A DNA stretch of 64,000 bases from the human T2T-CHM13v2.0 reference genome, Homo sapiens (GCF_009914755.1 NC_060928.1); one strand, 5' to 3'; positions 1-13,682 are shown, counted from the first letter of the stretch. Notes: generated from the letters alone by a model not told the origin. Translations and numbers: made by a program.

Positions 1-2110
1 TCATTTCTCTATTTTCATTTTCTTGACTGTGCAGCAATGGCCTTGAGGTCATTACATGAGTAAACAAAACCTTATTTGCTCTGACAGTTATGTCAGTTCC
101 AGGAAAAACACCAGCATGGAGTGCACCCACCCATGCTCATAGCCTTAGCCACTGAAACACCTATGGAGACACTGCAGAAGAGGTACCATTCTCGACCTTG
201 ATGCAGTCTCCTCCAGACCTTATTAATCACACTCAGTGTTTCTGCGCCAATTATGGTTTCAGCCTGGCCTCTTAACAAATGACACCAGAAACTTGAGTTT
301 TGGACATCCAGGCACATGGTTCCTCTGCAGTGCCTGGAGTCTTCTCAGGGGTGCTAGGAGTTATGTGACATCCCCCGAGAAAAAGGGATTCATCCTTCTC
401 CCCAGAGTCCTACAGGATGTCACAACAACTTTCCCCTCCTCAGGGTGAACTCTGAGCCTACAAAGAAATCCTGGCATTCAGGCCACAAATTAGGATCACA
501 AAGTGAAATACTCTTTCCTAGGTGGGTTTTGACAGCAAAGCAAATTAGACCAAAATTGGAAGAAGAGAAAATTATTTGCAAATTGCCGGTAATACCCAGG
601 CTAGAGCAATCTTCTTAGACAAGATTGGGTCAGGATCGTGCCTTAACTAGTCAGAGAGGAAGGAATGACATTCCCCTAAGGGCACAGACTATTTGTGATT
701 TTCTCCAGGGAATGAGAGAGAGAACAGAAACATCTGCTTTCCTTTATTACACTGAGGTGACTAATACACACTATGGGGAACCTGTCAGGTGGTAGAGGTG
801 AAATGGCTTATGCCACAGAAACTGGCAGTGACCTAAATCTGGCAAGGGTCCTGGCCTGCGCAGGTTAGAAAGTACAACGCAGCTCCTTAAAGCTTCCCAC
901 TTACCTGGAATTTGTGGGGAACCTCTCCACTGTGGATGTTCAGATGTATGGAGTTCGATGCCTCCTTTACATTCACAGAGGCTTTCCTCCTGAGTTGTTA
1001 TAGTGAATATGGAAGCCTTTCTCCAGCATGCACTCTCCAGTGTTGATTGAGTCCAGGGCTTTCTGTTGAAGGGATTTCCCATATTTACCAAATTCACAGG
1101 GCTTTGCTCCAGTGTGAACGCTCTGTGATTAACTAAGGATGGAGCTCTGGCTAAAGGACATCCTATATTCACCATACACATGAGGCCTAGCTCTAGTGTG
1201 AATTCTCTAGTGTTCAATGAAGACAGAGCTTTGGCTAAAGAAATTCTCCACATTCACCACACTCATAAGTCTTTCTCCAGCGTGAATTATCCAGTGACAA
1301 ATGAGATTGGAGTTTTGGCTAAATAATTTCCCACATTTGCCACACTCCTAAGGCCTTTTCTCCATTGTGAATTCCCTGATGTTGAACAAGTTTGTATTTG
1401 TACCTGAAAGCTTTCCTGGTTCACTGCACTTGTAATGACTTTTTCTGCTGTGAAAGGCCTCCCCACATTTGGTGCTGATGTGTGGCTTCAATCCAGTTGT
1501 GAGTGGCCTATGTTGGAGAAGGTACAGTTGCCAGGAAAATCCTTCCCAACTTTCCCACAGGCGAAAGGCCTTCCTGACACTTAAAATCTGCAGCCTTTCA
1601 CAGAGAAAGCATTGTCCACGTCTCTATTCCATTGTGTTCCTTCTGGTGCTGGTGCATGTTTGCACTAAACCAGAATTGTGTCCCACATGCCTCACAAGTG
1701 TACTATTTCTGCCCAGATAGCGTTCCTTGTTGCTCAGCCAGATACAAAATGTCCCTTAAGACCAGAACACACATCTCACAGGGATGAGCCTTCTGGATGA
1801 ATGGACCTAGCTGTGACACTTTCTACTGAAACACTTCACTGAGGGTGTCTGCTTTCCCTTTGCTCCACACCAACAACCTGGCGAGGTTATATAGGCAAAG
1901 TTCTCTGCATCACGGGGCACAGCTCTCAGGCTCATCAAGGAAACTCCATTCCTCTCAGAAGTCATTAAAGGTCGGCTATGTTCATAAAGATCATACTGAG
2001 ATGGCTTCTCTTTCTGTAGGTGGAGCGAGCTGGGACTTGCAGGTGACCAAGAAGGGGGATCCCGGAACCAGAATTGTCTCCCCTGGCGTTCCGGAAGTAG
2101 AAGCAGAGTC
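1..2110 (-). pseudogene. Processed KRAB-C2H2 zinc-finger pseudogene (retrocopy) resembling the ZNF134/ZIK1/ZNF416-type clade; the left boundary may extend beyond the window
   Basis: Manual minus-strand translation across frameshifts gives KRAB-A remnants (EEWSFLDE..., ENFAYITSP) joined without an intron to GCWCGA, then the linker motifs [46 protein letters not shown] and GRPFACGKVGKDF. About 5 degenerate fingers follow at 1010-1440 (HYKCSE..GKAFRYKYKLVQHQGIH, ECGKCGKLFSQNSNLICHWIIHAGER, HTGAKP). There are many stops and frameshifts. 1-~950 is inferred 3' UTR. Confidence 0.9.
2089..2098 (+). promoter_or_regulatory. ETS/GABPA motif (CCGGAAGT) in a small CpG-retaining patch at the 5' end of the retrocopy
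   Basis: ttccggaagt at 2089-2098, with several CpGs at 2025-2125 in otherwise CpG-depleted DNA. Activity is not shown. Confidence 0.4.
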
Positions 2111-2289
2111 ATTGCTGGGTGGCGCCAGCCCTCAGACTTGCCTCTTTGCAGTAGGAAGAAGGCCTCCCCACATACCTTCCCACACTCATCACCTTAAGCC
2201 AGACTCGGTGTCCAGTGAATATGACCATCTCTTGCCCATTTTCTAATGAGTGTTTTCATTAATGAGTTATAAGAATGTGGTGGGTAAAT

Positions 2290-2520
2290 CTATGGGCTTT
2301 GAACTAGTGAATCAACTTGGTTTCAGAATCTGGCACTGCTACTTACTAGTGAATTTAAGCAAGTTATTTCACCTTTCAGAGTGTCAGTTCCCTCATGCAT
2401 ACAAGGAAGATAAAAAATAATGTATACAAAAGTATTGGAGTAATTAATACATGGAGAACTACATGTAAAGCGTTTAGCATGATGTCTGACATATTAAGCA
2501 TCCAATATTAGTTGCTTGCA
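2290..2520 (+). mobile_element. MIR SINE
   Basis: MIR core: ctgctacttactagtga...aagttatttcacctttcagagtgtcagttccctcat. Confidence 0.7.
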
Positions 2521-2899
2521 GAATTATTAGTAAAAGAGATTGCTTCTGAAAGCCATTCCAATTCTTAAATTTTATAATGCCACATTTGAGGTCACCTGAA
2601 GTACGTGTATAACATGTGTACATTTTTGCGATTTATTTTTTCAATTCCCAGATTAGAGGCATAGAGATATCCTAGCAAGGACTCCAAGTGTGTAGATCTG
2701 TCAAAGATATGAACATGAAAGAACAGCTTATTTCAATAAACCCACTTTACATACCTTGTGTGCTTGTTTTTAACAATAAAAATTGGAAAGATAATTAAGG
2801 AACTGAAAAACCAGAGGGTAAATTCTACAGTTTCCTTAATTTAAAGAGTAATTGTTTTTAATTCTGATTCACCTAAGAAGAAGGCATTTAACTTGTAGG

Positions 2900-3100
2900 G
2901 CTTTCTGTATTTACATGTATTATATATTAAATCCTCACAATTGTTTGCAGTCATTATTATTATTATTATTATTATGCCCATATAATATGTTAATGTGGAA
3001 ACTGAGGCTCACAAAGCTTAATTAAATTGCCCAAGTTCCTAAAATTAATAAATGTATTTTGGGTTTGAACCTGTCTTCTGACCGCAAAATTAATGATATT
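2900..3100 (-). mobile_element. MIR SINE
   Basis: aatcctcacaa...ggaaactgaggctcacaaag...ttgcccaag. Confidence 0.65.
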
Positions 3101-3629
3101 TCACCACACTGTTTTCATTCAGCCTAACCTAGTCAGCCATGACCACATGGTGGTGTTTAAAGAAACAAAAAAATCTGAAGAACTAAAACAAACTTTTAAA
3201 GGTTTAAATCGACTTTCACTTTGAAAGAAATCTAGCCTACCTGTGCCTTAAAAGATAAAAAAGTACAATAGTAAAATGGAAATCTTTTAGAGAAAAGAAT
3301 TACATAAGCTGATTGTCAATTAAGACTCCTGAACTGGCCTCTGTACTCTGGTTTATTAGGAGTGTTGAATAAGTGCTTTTGGACAACATTTAGATGTGAA
3401 CATAGTCTTAAATTCTCTTTATTCCCATTTTTTAAAAAAATGTTCTTGAGAGTATTGCAGTACAAATTACATATTGACCAAAATTTTGTCCCTTTTGAAA
3501 ATCAAGTTTATTTTTAAGTTTGAAAATTCATACCCATGATAGTAAAAGAAAGAGACTATTACAGGAGATAAGAAGACGTAGTTCCTAAAATAGGTTATCA
3601 GTTAACTAGCATAGGGATTTTATGCTGGG

Positions 3630-4200
<571 letters not shown>

Positions 4201-4384
4201 ATGGGGAAAATACAAATACCTGTACTCTGTTTTCCCCATGGATATGTGGTAGTCCTTGGACATCTGCACACTTATCAAGAGATCTTCATGTATTTCTGAT
4301 CCAGTTAATAAAATGGACTGGAAAGCACTGATCTACTGCCTAGCATGGCAATGGTGCCCAGTGCCTGGTCCTCTGTAAATGATT

Positions 4385-5400
4385 CCTCAGACATTACTGA
4401 GGAAAGAATCTCTGAGCTTAGAGATATTTCAATAAAAAAAATTTCCAAAACTGAAAAGCAGAGGAAAAAAAAAAGACTACACAACAAAAAAGAGTACCCA
4501 AGAACTGTGAGACAACAACGAAAGGTTTAACTACACATAATGAGAATACCAGAAGGAAAAGAGAGAAAGGAAGAGAAGAAATATTTGAAGCAAAAACAAT
4601 AATGACTAAGAATGTTTTCTAGACTAATGTCAGATACCAGACTACAAATCTAGGTAGCTCAGACAGTTGCAAAAAACAAAAAGAGAGAGGGAGAGAGAAA
4701 AAAAAAACCAAAAGCAAAACAAAACAAAAAACCCAAAACACAACAAAAACTACACGTAGGCATATTATATTCAAATTTCAGAACATCAAAAATAAAGAAA
4801 AAATTTGGAAAGGAGCCAGAGGAAAAAACATCTTACCTATAGAGGAGCAAAGAATTACATAGTACTTTTTCTCAGAAACCGTGCAAGTAAGAAGAGAGTG
4901 AAGTATTTAAAATGTCACGGAAAAAAGCCCACCAAATTAGAATTCTGTACCCTACAAAATTATCCTTTAAAAGTGAAGCAGAAATAAAGACTTTCTCAGA
5001 CAATCAAAAATTCATGGAATTTGTTGCTAGTAGACCTGCTTTGCAAGACATGTTAAAGAAGCTCTGTAGAGAAAAGTACAATTATATAGGTCAGAAACTT
5101 GAATCTACATAAAGATAGGAAGAGAATGAAAGAAGAAATAAATGAAGATAGAATAAAAACTTCTATTTTTAATTCCTAATTCATCTAACAGATAACAGTT
5201 TGTTCAAAATAATAATAGCAACAATGTATTTGTGTGTATATATACACATATATGTTTACGTATGCTTATGTATAAGTGTAATGAATGCCAGCAATGATAT
5301 GGATAAGAGAGAGGAATTGGAATTTTTTTTATTATAAGGTACTTACACTACCCATGAAGTGGCATAGAGTTATTTGAAAGTGGACTCAAATTACTTCTAA
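4385..5400 (+). mobile_element. Old L1 (L1M) ORF1-region fragment
   Basis: ORF 4912-5112 reads RILYPTKLSFKSEAEIKTFSDNQKFMEFVASRPALQDMLK, the L1 ORF1p C-terminal domain. Confidence 0.85.
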
Positions 5401-5550
5401 ATCTCTACTGGAAATTTCATCTAGCAATCTTGCTCTTTGGTATTTATCCAAAGAATATGAAAACTTATGCCCACACAAAAGCCTGCATATAGATGTTTAT
5501 GGCAGCTTTATGTAAATGCTAAAACCTGGAAACAACCAAGATGTCTTTCA

Positions 5551-5893
<343 letters not shown>

Positions 5894-5896
5894 GAA

Positions 5897-5956
<60 letters not shown>

Positions 5957-6060
5957 GAAGGAAGGAAGGAAGGAAGGAAGGAAGGAAAAGAAAGAAAGAA
6001 AGAAACAGAGGGAGGAAGGAAGGAAGGAAGGAAGGAGAAAGAAAAGAAAAGGAAAGAAAA
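5894..6060 (+). repeat. (GAAA)n(GGAA)n purine microsatellite derived from the Alu tail
   Basis: About 14 GAAA units, then 8 consecutive GGAA (5956-5987) and 5 more from 6014. Confidence 0.97.
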
Positions 6061-7675
6061 GAGCTGTGAAGCCATTAAAAGACGGGGGGCGGGGAACCTT
6101 AAATGTACATTTCTAAGTGAAGTAAGCCAATCTGAAAAGGGTACCTTGGTTCCAACTATGACATTCTGGAAAAGGTAAAACTATGGAGACAGAACAAAGA
6201 TCTGTAATTGCACACAAGATGTTTAGGGCAGTGAAACTATTCTGCTTAAAACTATAACAACGAATACCTGTTATTATACATTTGTACAACATCACAAATA
6301 TTGGCTTTGATATATTTCCTCGTGTTGTACAACAAGAGGAAACCCTAATATAAACTATGGACTTTGGTTAATAATGACATGGCCATGTAGATTAATCAGT
6401 CTTAACAAACGTACCACTGGTGAGGGATGTTGATAGTTGGGGAGGCCGTGCATGTGTGATGGCAGTGAGTATATACAAAATATCTGTACCTTCTGCTCTC
6501 AATCTGTCTCTCTCTCTCTTTTTTTTTTTCTGTGAACCAATGCTCCAAAAAATAGTCTGTTAAAGAAAGAGCAACTAAAACAAGCTCCTTTCATCACATT
6601 GTTTTATCTCTCTGATTATTACTGGTGAATACCTCCCTAGCACCCTAGAATGTATCTGTCGTTCTATTGATTTTGTTCCCAAAGTTCTGTTCTTTTCCCT
6701 AACAGATAAACAGCAGAGAAGCTATGCCACCAGTACCTCCAGTCATCTTCTAGCTTTTTCTGTAAGATTTCACCCTAAGCAATGAATCAAAAGTCTACTT
6801 CCAAATCTTTTTCATGTTCTGTTAATTTCAAATAAGTCCACTATTTTCTTTGAACATAATTGAATTTCTTGGTTAATTAAGAATACGTAATAAAACAGTT
6901 GGTAATTATTTAAGATATGGTGACAAACAGTTAAATCAATATTTGTCCAAAGCATTCTGCTTTAAAACTAATTTTTCAATAAATTTTCAGATATATTAGT
7001 ATGTTTTAACTTTTACCTTTAGTTGGACATTCATCATTGAAAATACATTATTGTAATCTTTTTGAGGCTCTTAAAGTTTAGATCTGTAGATCTTTGGCAA
7101 TTCTACTTCTTCTCTGTCAGCCCTCTCTTGACTTTTCTCTATTCATTCTTTTCCAGATTTCACAACCCTTTATTTGCATCACTTTCTTGTCAATAATGTC
7201 AATGTCATGATGTTACTGTTGTATCCACATGGATGAATCTATCTAACTTGTGTATTTTCAAGTTCATGCTATTAGGGAGTTATGAGAGCAAATAATAAAC
7301 TACAAAAATAAATGTGGCCCTCTTCACTCTCATGACCTACTGTAGCAAATTCAAGCATTTCCACTCTCTTCTAACCTCCCCGTCACTAAACTATCTTCTT
7401 CCCTGTGAGTAGGAGACATTTTACTTTACCTAAAAGTATAAAGTGTAAATTCCTTTAATTACTGTTAACACACCCATGACTACTTCCCTTTTGCTTGCTT
7501 CCAGATCATGCTAACAATGTCGCTTCTTTGCCGTAACTATAGATCTTTCTATTTTTACTTCAAAATCTAGTTCTTTTCCTCTTCATTGGAATACTACTTC
7601 ACAATTTATCTGCTTGATTTTTATGTTATTTTCAGTTTCTTTTCCTTTTCTATAATAGCATCAATCCAATAGCAT

Positions 7676-8038
7676 TGTATTAGTATGTTCTCACACTCCT
7701 ATAAATACTTGAGATGGTTAATTTATAAAGGAAAGGTTTAATTGACTCACAGTTCCATATGGCTGGGGAGGTCTCAGGAAACTTACAATCATGGCAGAAG
7801 AGGAAGAGGCACATCTTACATGGCAGCAGGTGAGAGAGAGGGGCAAGCAAAGGGGGAAGACCCCTTATAAAACCATCAGATCTTGTGAGAACTCACTCAC
7901 TATTGGGGGAACAGCATGGGGGAAATGGGGGAAACCTCCATCATGATCCAATAACCTCCTACCAGATCTCTCCCTTGACACATGGGGATTGCAATTTGAG
8001 ATGAGATTTGGGTGGGGACACAAAGTCAAATGATATGA
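7676..8038 (-). mobile_element. MaLR (THE1/MST) solo LTR
   Basis: tgtattagt...aattgactcacagttcca...gatgagatttgggtggggacaca is the reverse complement of the THE1/MST LTR. Confidence 0.9.
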
Positions 8039-8165
8039 GGCAGGTAAATATTTGAATTTTCTTTTCTCTTGAATTAAAAAAAATGAAAATGAAAGAAAAA
8101 AATCCCTTGTTCTTGTATTAGGCACTTCATTTTGATGTTGGTGTATATTTGTTGTCTCAAATTCA

Positions 8166-10170
8166 TCACATGGGTTGACTCTGTGTGCCAACCCAAATCT
8201 CATCTTGAATTTTGATAATCCCCACATGTCAAGGATGGGACCAAGTAGATAATTGAATCATGGGGGTGGTTTTCCCCATACTATTCTCATGATAGTGAGT
8301 GAGTTCTCATGAGATCTAATGTTTCTTAAGGGGCTTCCTCCTTCACTTGACTCTCACTTCTCTTGCCTTCCACCGTGTAAAATGTGCCTTTCCTTGTCCT
8401 TTGCCTTCCACCATGATTGTGAGGCCTCCTCAGCCATGTGGAACTGTGAGTCTATTAAATCTCTTTTTCCTTATCAATTACCCAATCTTGGGTATGTCTT
8501 TTTTTAGCAGCATAAGAACAGACTAATACAGTAAATTGGTACTGGATAGTGGGGCGCTTCTGTAAAGATACCCATAAATGTGGAAGCGACTTTGGAACTG
8601 GGTAATAAGCAGAAGTTGGAACAGTTCGGAAGGCTCAGAAGAAAGGAATATGTGGGAAAGTTTGGAACTTCCTAAAGATTTGTTGAATGGCTTTGACAAA
8701 AATGCTAACAGTGATATGGACAATAAAATCCAGGCTGAGGTGTTCTCAGATGGAGATGGGAAACTTGTTGGGAACTGAAGCAAAGCTCACTGTTTGCAAA
8801 GAGACTAATGACATTTGGCCCTGACCTAGAGATCTGTGGAAATTTGAACTTGAGAGAGATAATTTAGGATATCTGGCAGACGAAATTTCTAAGTGGCAAA
8901 GTGTTCAAGAGGAAGCAGAGCATAAAAGTTTGAAATCTTTGCAGCCTGATGATGCAGTAGAAAAGAAAAACCAATTATCTGGGGAGAAATTCAAGCTGGC
9001 AGCAGAGATTTGTATAAGTAATTAGGAACCCAATGTTAATTACCCAGATAATGGGGAAAATGTCTCCGGGGCATGTAAGAGACCTTCACAGCAGCCCCTC
9101 CTATCACAGACCTGGAGGCCTAGGAGGGAAAAGTGGTTTCCTGGGCCTTGTCCAGGGCCCCCCTGCTGTTTGCAACCTCAGGACTTGGTGTCCTGCATCC
9201 CAACAGCTATAGCTGTGACTATAAGAGTTGAAGGTATAGCTCAGGGCCATTGCTTCAGACGGTGCAAGCCCCAATCCTTGGTAGCTAACAAGTGATGTTG
9301 GGCTTGCTGCTGTACATAAATCAAGAATTGATGTTTGGGAACCTCTGGCTAGGTTTCAAAGGATGTATGGAAAGGCCTGGCTGTCCAGGTAGAAATCTGC
9401 TGCAGGGGTGAAGCCCTGATGGAGAACCTCTGCTAGGAGAGTGTGGAAGGGAAATATGGGGTCAGAGCACCCACACAGTGTCCCCACTGGGGCACTGCCT
9501 AGTGGAGCTGTGAGAAGAGGGCCACCATCCTGCAGACCCTGGAATGGTAGATCCACCGACAGCTTGCACCGTGTGCCTGGAAAAGCCACAGACACTCAAC
9601 ACCAGCTCATGAAAGCAGCTGGGGGAGGGGGAGAGGTACTGTACCTTGTAAAGCCACAGGGGCAGAGCTGTCCAAGGCCATAGGAGTCCACCTCTTGCAT
9701 CCATGTGACCTGGATCTGAGACATAGAGTCAAAGGTGATCATTTCAGAGCTTTAAGATTTGACTGCCTTACTGGATTTTGGACTTTCATGGGGCCAGTAG
9801 CCCCTTTGTTTTGGCCAATTTCTCCCATTTGGAATGGCTGTATTTACCCAGTGCTTGTACCCCCATTGTATCTGGGAAGTAACATCATTCAAATAATTGA
9901 ATCATGGGGGCAGTTTCCACCATATGGTTCTCACGATAGTGAGTGACTTCTTAGGAGATCTGATGGTTTTATAAATGGGAGTTCACCTGCACAAGCTCTC
10001 TTCTTGCCTGCCACCATGTAAGACATGCCTTTGCTCCTCCTTTGCCTTCCGTCATGATCATGAGGCCTCCCTAGCCATGTGGAACTGTGAGACCATTAAA
10101 CCTCTTTTTCTTTATCAATTACCCAGTCTTGGGTATGTGTGTCTGTATTAGCAGAATAAGAACTAATACA
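8166..10170 (+). mobile_element. THE1/MST MaLR provirus: 5' LTR (~8166-8530), internal region (8531-~9880), partial 3' LTR (~9885-10170)
   Basis: LTR end gactaataca followed by gtaaattggtac; internal ORF remnant WNWVISRSWNSSEGSEERNMWESLELPKDLLNGFDKNA; second LTR ends aactaataca. Confidence 0.92.
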
Positions 10171-12102
10171 CATACCACTCATTCTTCAATAAATTAAAAT
10201 TTCTTTTCCCTTCACTTGTTTTTTATTGACTGCTTTCCTCACTTCTTTTTGATATATCCCAACCACTAGAAATAATTTACTTTCTATTTCTAAAGTATTC
10301 CACTTCTTAGGACATTATGGACCCTTTAAATTTTTTTGAATAAATAAATGGATGATGAATATCAATGGATGTTGGATGATAGGCACTGGAGGGAAGGAGA
10401 GGAAATGGTACCACCTTAGCTTTTCTCTTAAGATAATAGCAATATTCATCATGCACTGTCCAAGTACACACATACACATTGTAGTCATTGTCATTTCTAC
10501 TTCGCTTTAACATTTGACACTCTTTATCTTTACTTCTCGAACCATTTTCCTGCCTTTAGTTTCATGCTTCTGCATTCTGTTTCTTGCCCCCCAGTTTTTA
10601 GCCTTTTTAGGGTTCTCTGCAAGGTCCTCTTCTGTTAACCTATTGGTGTTGACTTCTGTCAGTTCCTTCTAGGACTTTAACACAGGCTCTCTTATGTTCA
10701 CAGTCTACATCACATACACTCCCTCAATAAGTATATTTACTCCCATGGCATCAGTTCTTATGCTTACATTCCATTTATAGTTATCACTTTGCCTTTTTGG
10801 CCTCTAACTACCCATCTCTAGCTGTCATGGAATCAGGTCTCACTCCTGTATTCCATATCTCTGTGAGTTGTGGCACTATATCCCCACTTTCCCAAGTCAG
10901 AGACCATGGTGATATTCTCACTCTTCCTTCATCTTTTCTTTTTCTTACTGATGATTCTTCTTATCAAGTCTATTCTGACTCTGCAGTATCTTCAGACTGA
11001 CAATAAAAGCAATAGTTTTATGGACAGTTTCTACTAACAAATAACCTTAAACTTACCCATTATAGTAGAAATAATAGTACTGTATGATAATTGTCTGTTC
11101 ATTTGTCCCTTTCACTTGAAAAAGTATAAACTCCTTAATGGTAGAAAGTATGTGATAGTCTTTGTTATATTCCAAGCTCCTCAAACATTTATTGGAAGTT
11201 AGTGTGTAATAAAACAATTTCTTCAGTGAGACATTTGAGATAAATTTTAATTTTGAGTAATGTAATAATTTCAATATTTTTGAGTTTAATAGTGTTGAGT
11301 ACACAGTGGCTGAAATTATATATTGGGGCAATATGTTAAAGTTTTACCTTGATTGAGGAAATAGTTTAGATAATATACATTAGTCAAAAAATATATGACT
11401 TGAGTACAATCTATTAATAAATGCACGTGGTAAAGATTTACATATAATCATCAAATTAATACTAGTAGTACGAATAAATATGAAACCCTTCCTTGTGTGC
11501 ATACACTTTAAACATTAGCAGACATGGGGTATGGCTGCAGATAACCAGAAAACTATGTTTGAAAGTAGGGAAGATACCCTAGGGAGATACTTGTCTTGCC
11601 AAGTAATGATATTGGCAATGTGTCAGAAATGTAAACACTATAAGAAATTCCAACTACAGCTTGGCCAAATTAATCTCAACTTGCTGATGTTCAGAATTTT
11701 TTAATACTCTAATGGCAGTTGTAAAGTTTGTGAAAGAATTTAACATTGCTCAGTAACTTGAAACAGAATCACAGCCCTTAAACATAATTTATTTTTCAAC
11801 ACATTTTTTTAAATAGGTTTTTTAGAGGAGTTTTAGTTTTATGGAAAAATTGAGCAGAAAGTACAAAAAGTTATTTTGGCTCTCTCCTCTTCTACTTTCT
11901 CTCCTCCTGCTCTTACTAATATCTTACACCAGTATGGCACATTCTTTACAGTTGATGATCCAATATTAGTACACTATTATTAACTGAGGGTCATAGTTTA
12001 CACTAGAACCCATTCATTGTGTTGCACAGTTCTATGGGTTTTGACAAATGCATAATGTCATCTAACTACCATTATAGTACCATACAAAATAGTCTCACTT
12101 CT

Positions 12103-12946
12103 TGGTATGGTTTGGCTGTGTCCCCACCAAAAATCTCATCTTGAATTGTTGCGGGGGTCCATCCCGCAGACCCTGACCCAACGATGGATGAATAATATAC
12201 ACTGACCCAGATATTATGCTTATCAGTTTGGCTGAGGGTCTGGGCTGCTCACAGACTCCAAGGAGAGTGCTGTAAAGAGTTGCAACTGGGCCCCTACTAG
12301 CTGGCCCTCCTGGCATTTATTCAGCACACATTAAATGATAAAATTCTCAAGTAAACACTACTAGAAGGTAATTACCATTGCTAATCCCCAAGTAGAGAGC
12401 AATCATGCAAATGTGGATGGTCAAAAGTTAGTCTTATGACCAATGAGTAAACAAGCTATTTAGATAGACTCTTCTACATTCCTATGTTAATTACCCTTGC
12501 TATAGTCAGAGGATTAGGCTGCCTTCAGCCATAACTCTATCCTGAGGCTTTTGCAAAAACCTTCCAGTCTTCCAAGAAGGTTTGTATTTATTTTAAAATT
12601 TCTCCCACTATCCTGACTGAACCCCTATAAATTATAGCTCCCATAATTCCTAAGTGTTGTGGGAGGGACCTGGTGGGATATAATTGAATCATTGGGTCGG
12701 TTTCCCCCATATTGTTCTGATGGTAGTAAGCCATCATGAGATCTGATGATTTTATAAGGGGAAACCCCTTTTGCTTGGCTTTCATTTTCTTGTCTGCCAC
12801 CATGTAAGACGTGACTTTCACCTTCTGCCATGATTGTGAGGCCTCCGCAGCCACATGGAACTGGGAGTCCATTAAACCTCTTTTTCTTTATAAATTACCC
12901 AGTGGTAGATATGTCTTTATTAGCAGCATGAGAACAGACTAAAACA
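12103..12946 (+). mobile_element. THE1 solo LTR split by an LTR22-like insertion
   Basis: tggtatggtttggctgtgtccccacc...ttgaattgt | agctcccataattcc...gactaaaaca; 5-bp flanks cttct/ctgct. Confidence 0.9.
12150..12629 (-). mobile_element. HERV-K (HML-5) LTR22-like solo LTR
   Basis: Minus strand begins tataggggttcagtcaggatagtgggagaaa; 6-bp target-site duplication (TSD) aattgt/aattat, the length typical of betaretroviruses. Confidence 0.75.
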
Positions 12947-13060
12947 CTGCTTCTAAAACATCCTATGCTCCACCCGTTTATCCCTCTCTTCCTTTGCCCA
13001 AATCCTAGCAATCACTGATTTTTTTAACTACCTATAGTTTTGCCTTTTCCAGACTGTCAT

Positions 13061-13494
13061 TGTGGAGACTAAAGCAACTCCATCTTGGATGCTAATCCAC
13101 CGTGTTGACTTCTGAATAACACTAGTTCTGGAATGCCTCTAAGATTTCTATTTTACCTACTATTCCTTATGTAAGAGCATGTACTTACTGTAAATCCTCC
13201 CTTAGGTCAAAACAAACTTGATGTTATCATATTTACCATAAATCCTGCCCTTAAGCAATCGGACACATCCCTTCTGTAACACACATACCCTTTCCCTGTG
13301 GCATATTATACAAGCCCTGGGCAGTGTGGGAATCCACCATCTCATCTTGTGGCTGCTTGAGACATGGCTTCTGTTCTTAAGTCCCTATTAAATGTTTCTT
13401 TCTGAGAAACTGGATTTATCGGCCTATTTCTTTGGTCTCTCAGCTTCCTTTGCCTTCGTGGGTAGGTTTGCATAGACCTGCTCACTGCAGAACA
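13061..13494 (+). mobile_element. ERV1-class solo LTR (LTR15-like)
   Basis: TG...CA termini, gcaactccatcttggatgctaatcc, TATA-like and attaaa elements; TSD gtcat/gtcat. Confidence 0.75.
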
Positions 13495-13682
13495 GTCATA
13501 TACTATATATCCTTTTTGACTGGTTTCTTTCACTTAGCCATATGTATCAACACTTAATGAATGCTTAAAATGTACACAGCAGTGAGCTAGAAGTTGGAGA
13601 AATAAGAATTTACTCCTTTAATGAGTCCGTTATTTAATAGGGCTGGCAGATATGTAAATAAATAAATAAATTACAATAGAGT

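Larger units (their letters stand above)
11805..13545 (-). mobile_element. L1MC-type 3' end hosting nested LTR insertions
   Basis: aaattgagcagaaagtaca...ggttttgacaaatgcataatg...tttgccttttccagactgtcat; the sequence resumes after each insertion. Confidence 0.8.

Noticed and set aside
771-1253. 160-aa ORF, the longest in the track
   Set aside because: It is an off-frame reading of the decayed zinc-finger array; the true finger frame is broken
8523-9946. Cluster of 66-86 aa ORFs
   Set aside because: Fragments of the defective MaLR internal region
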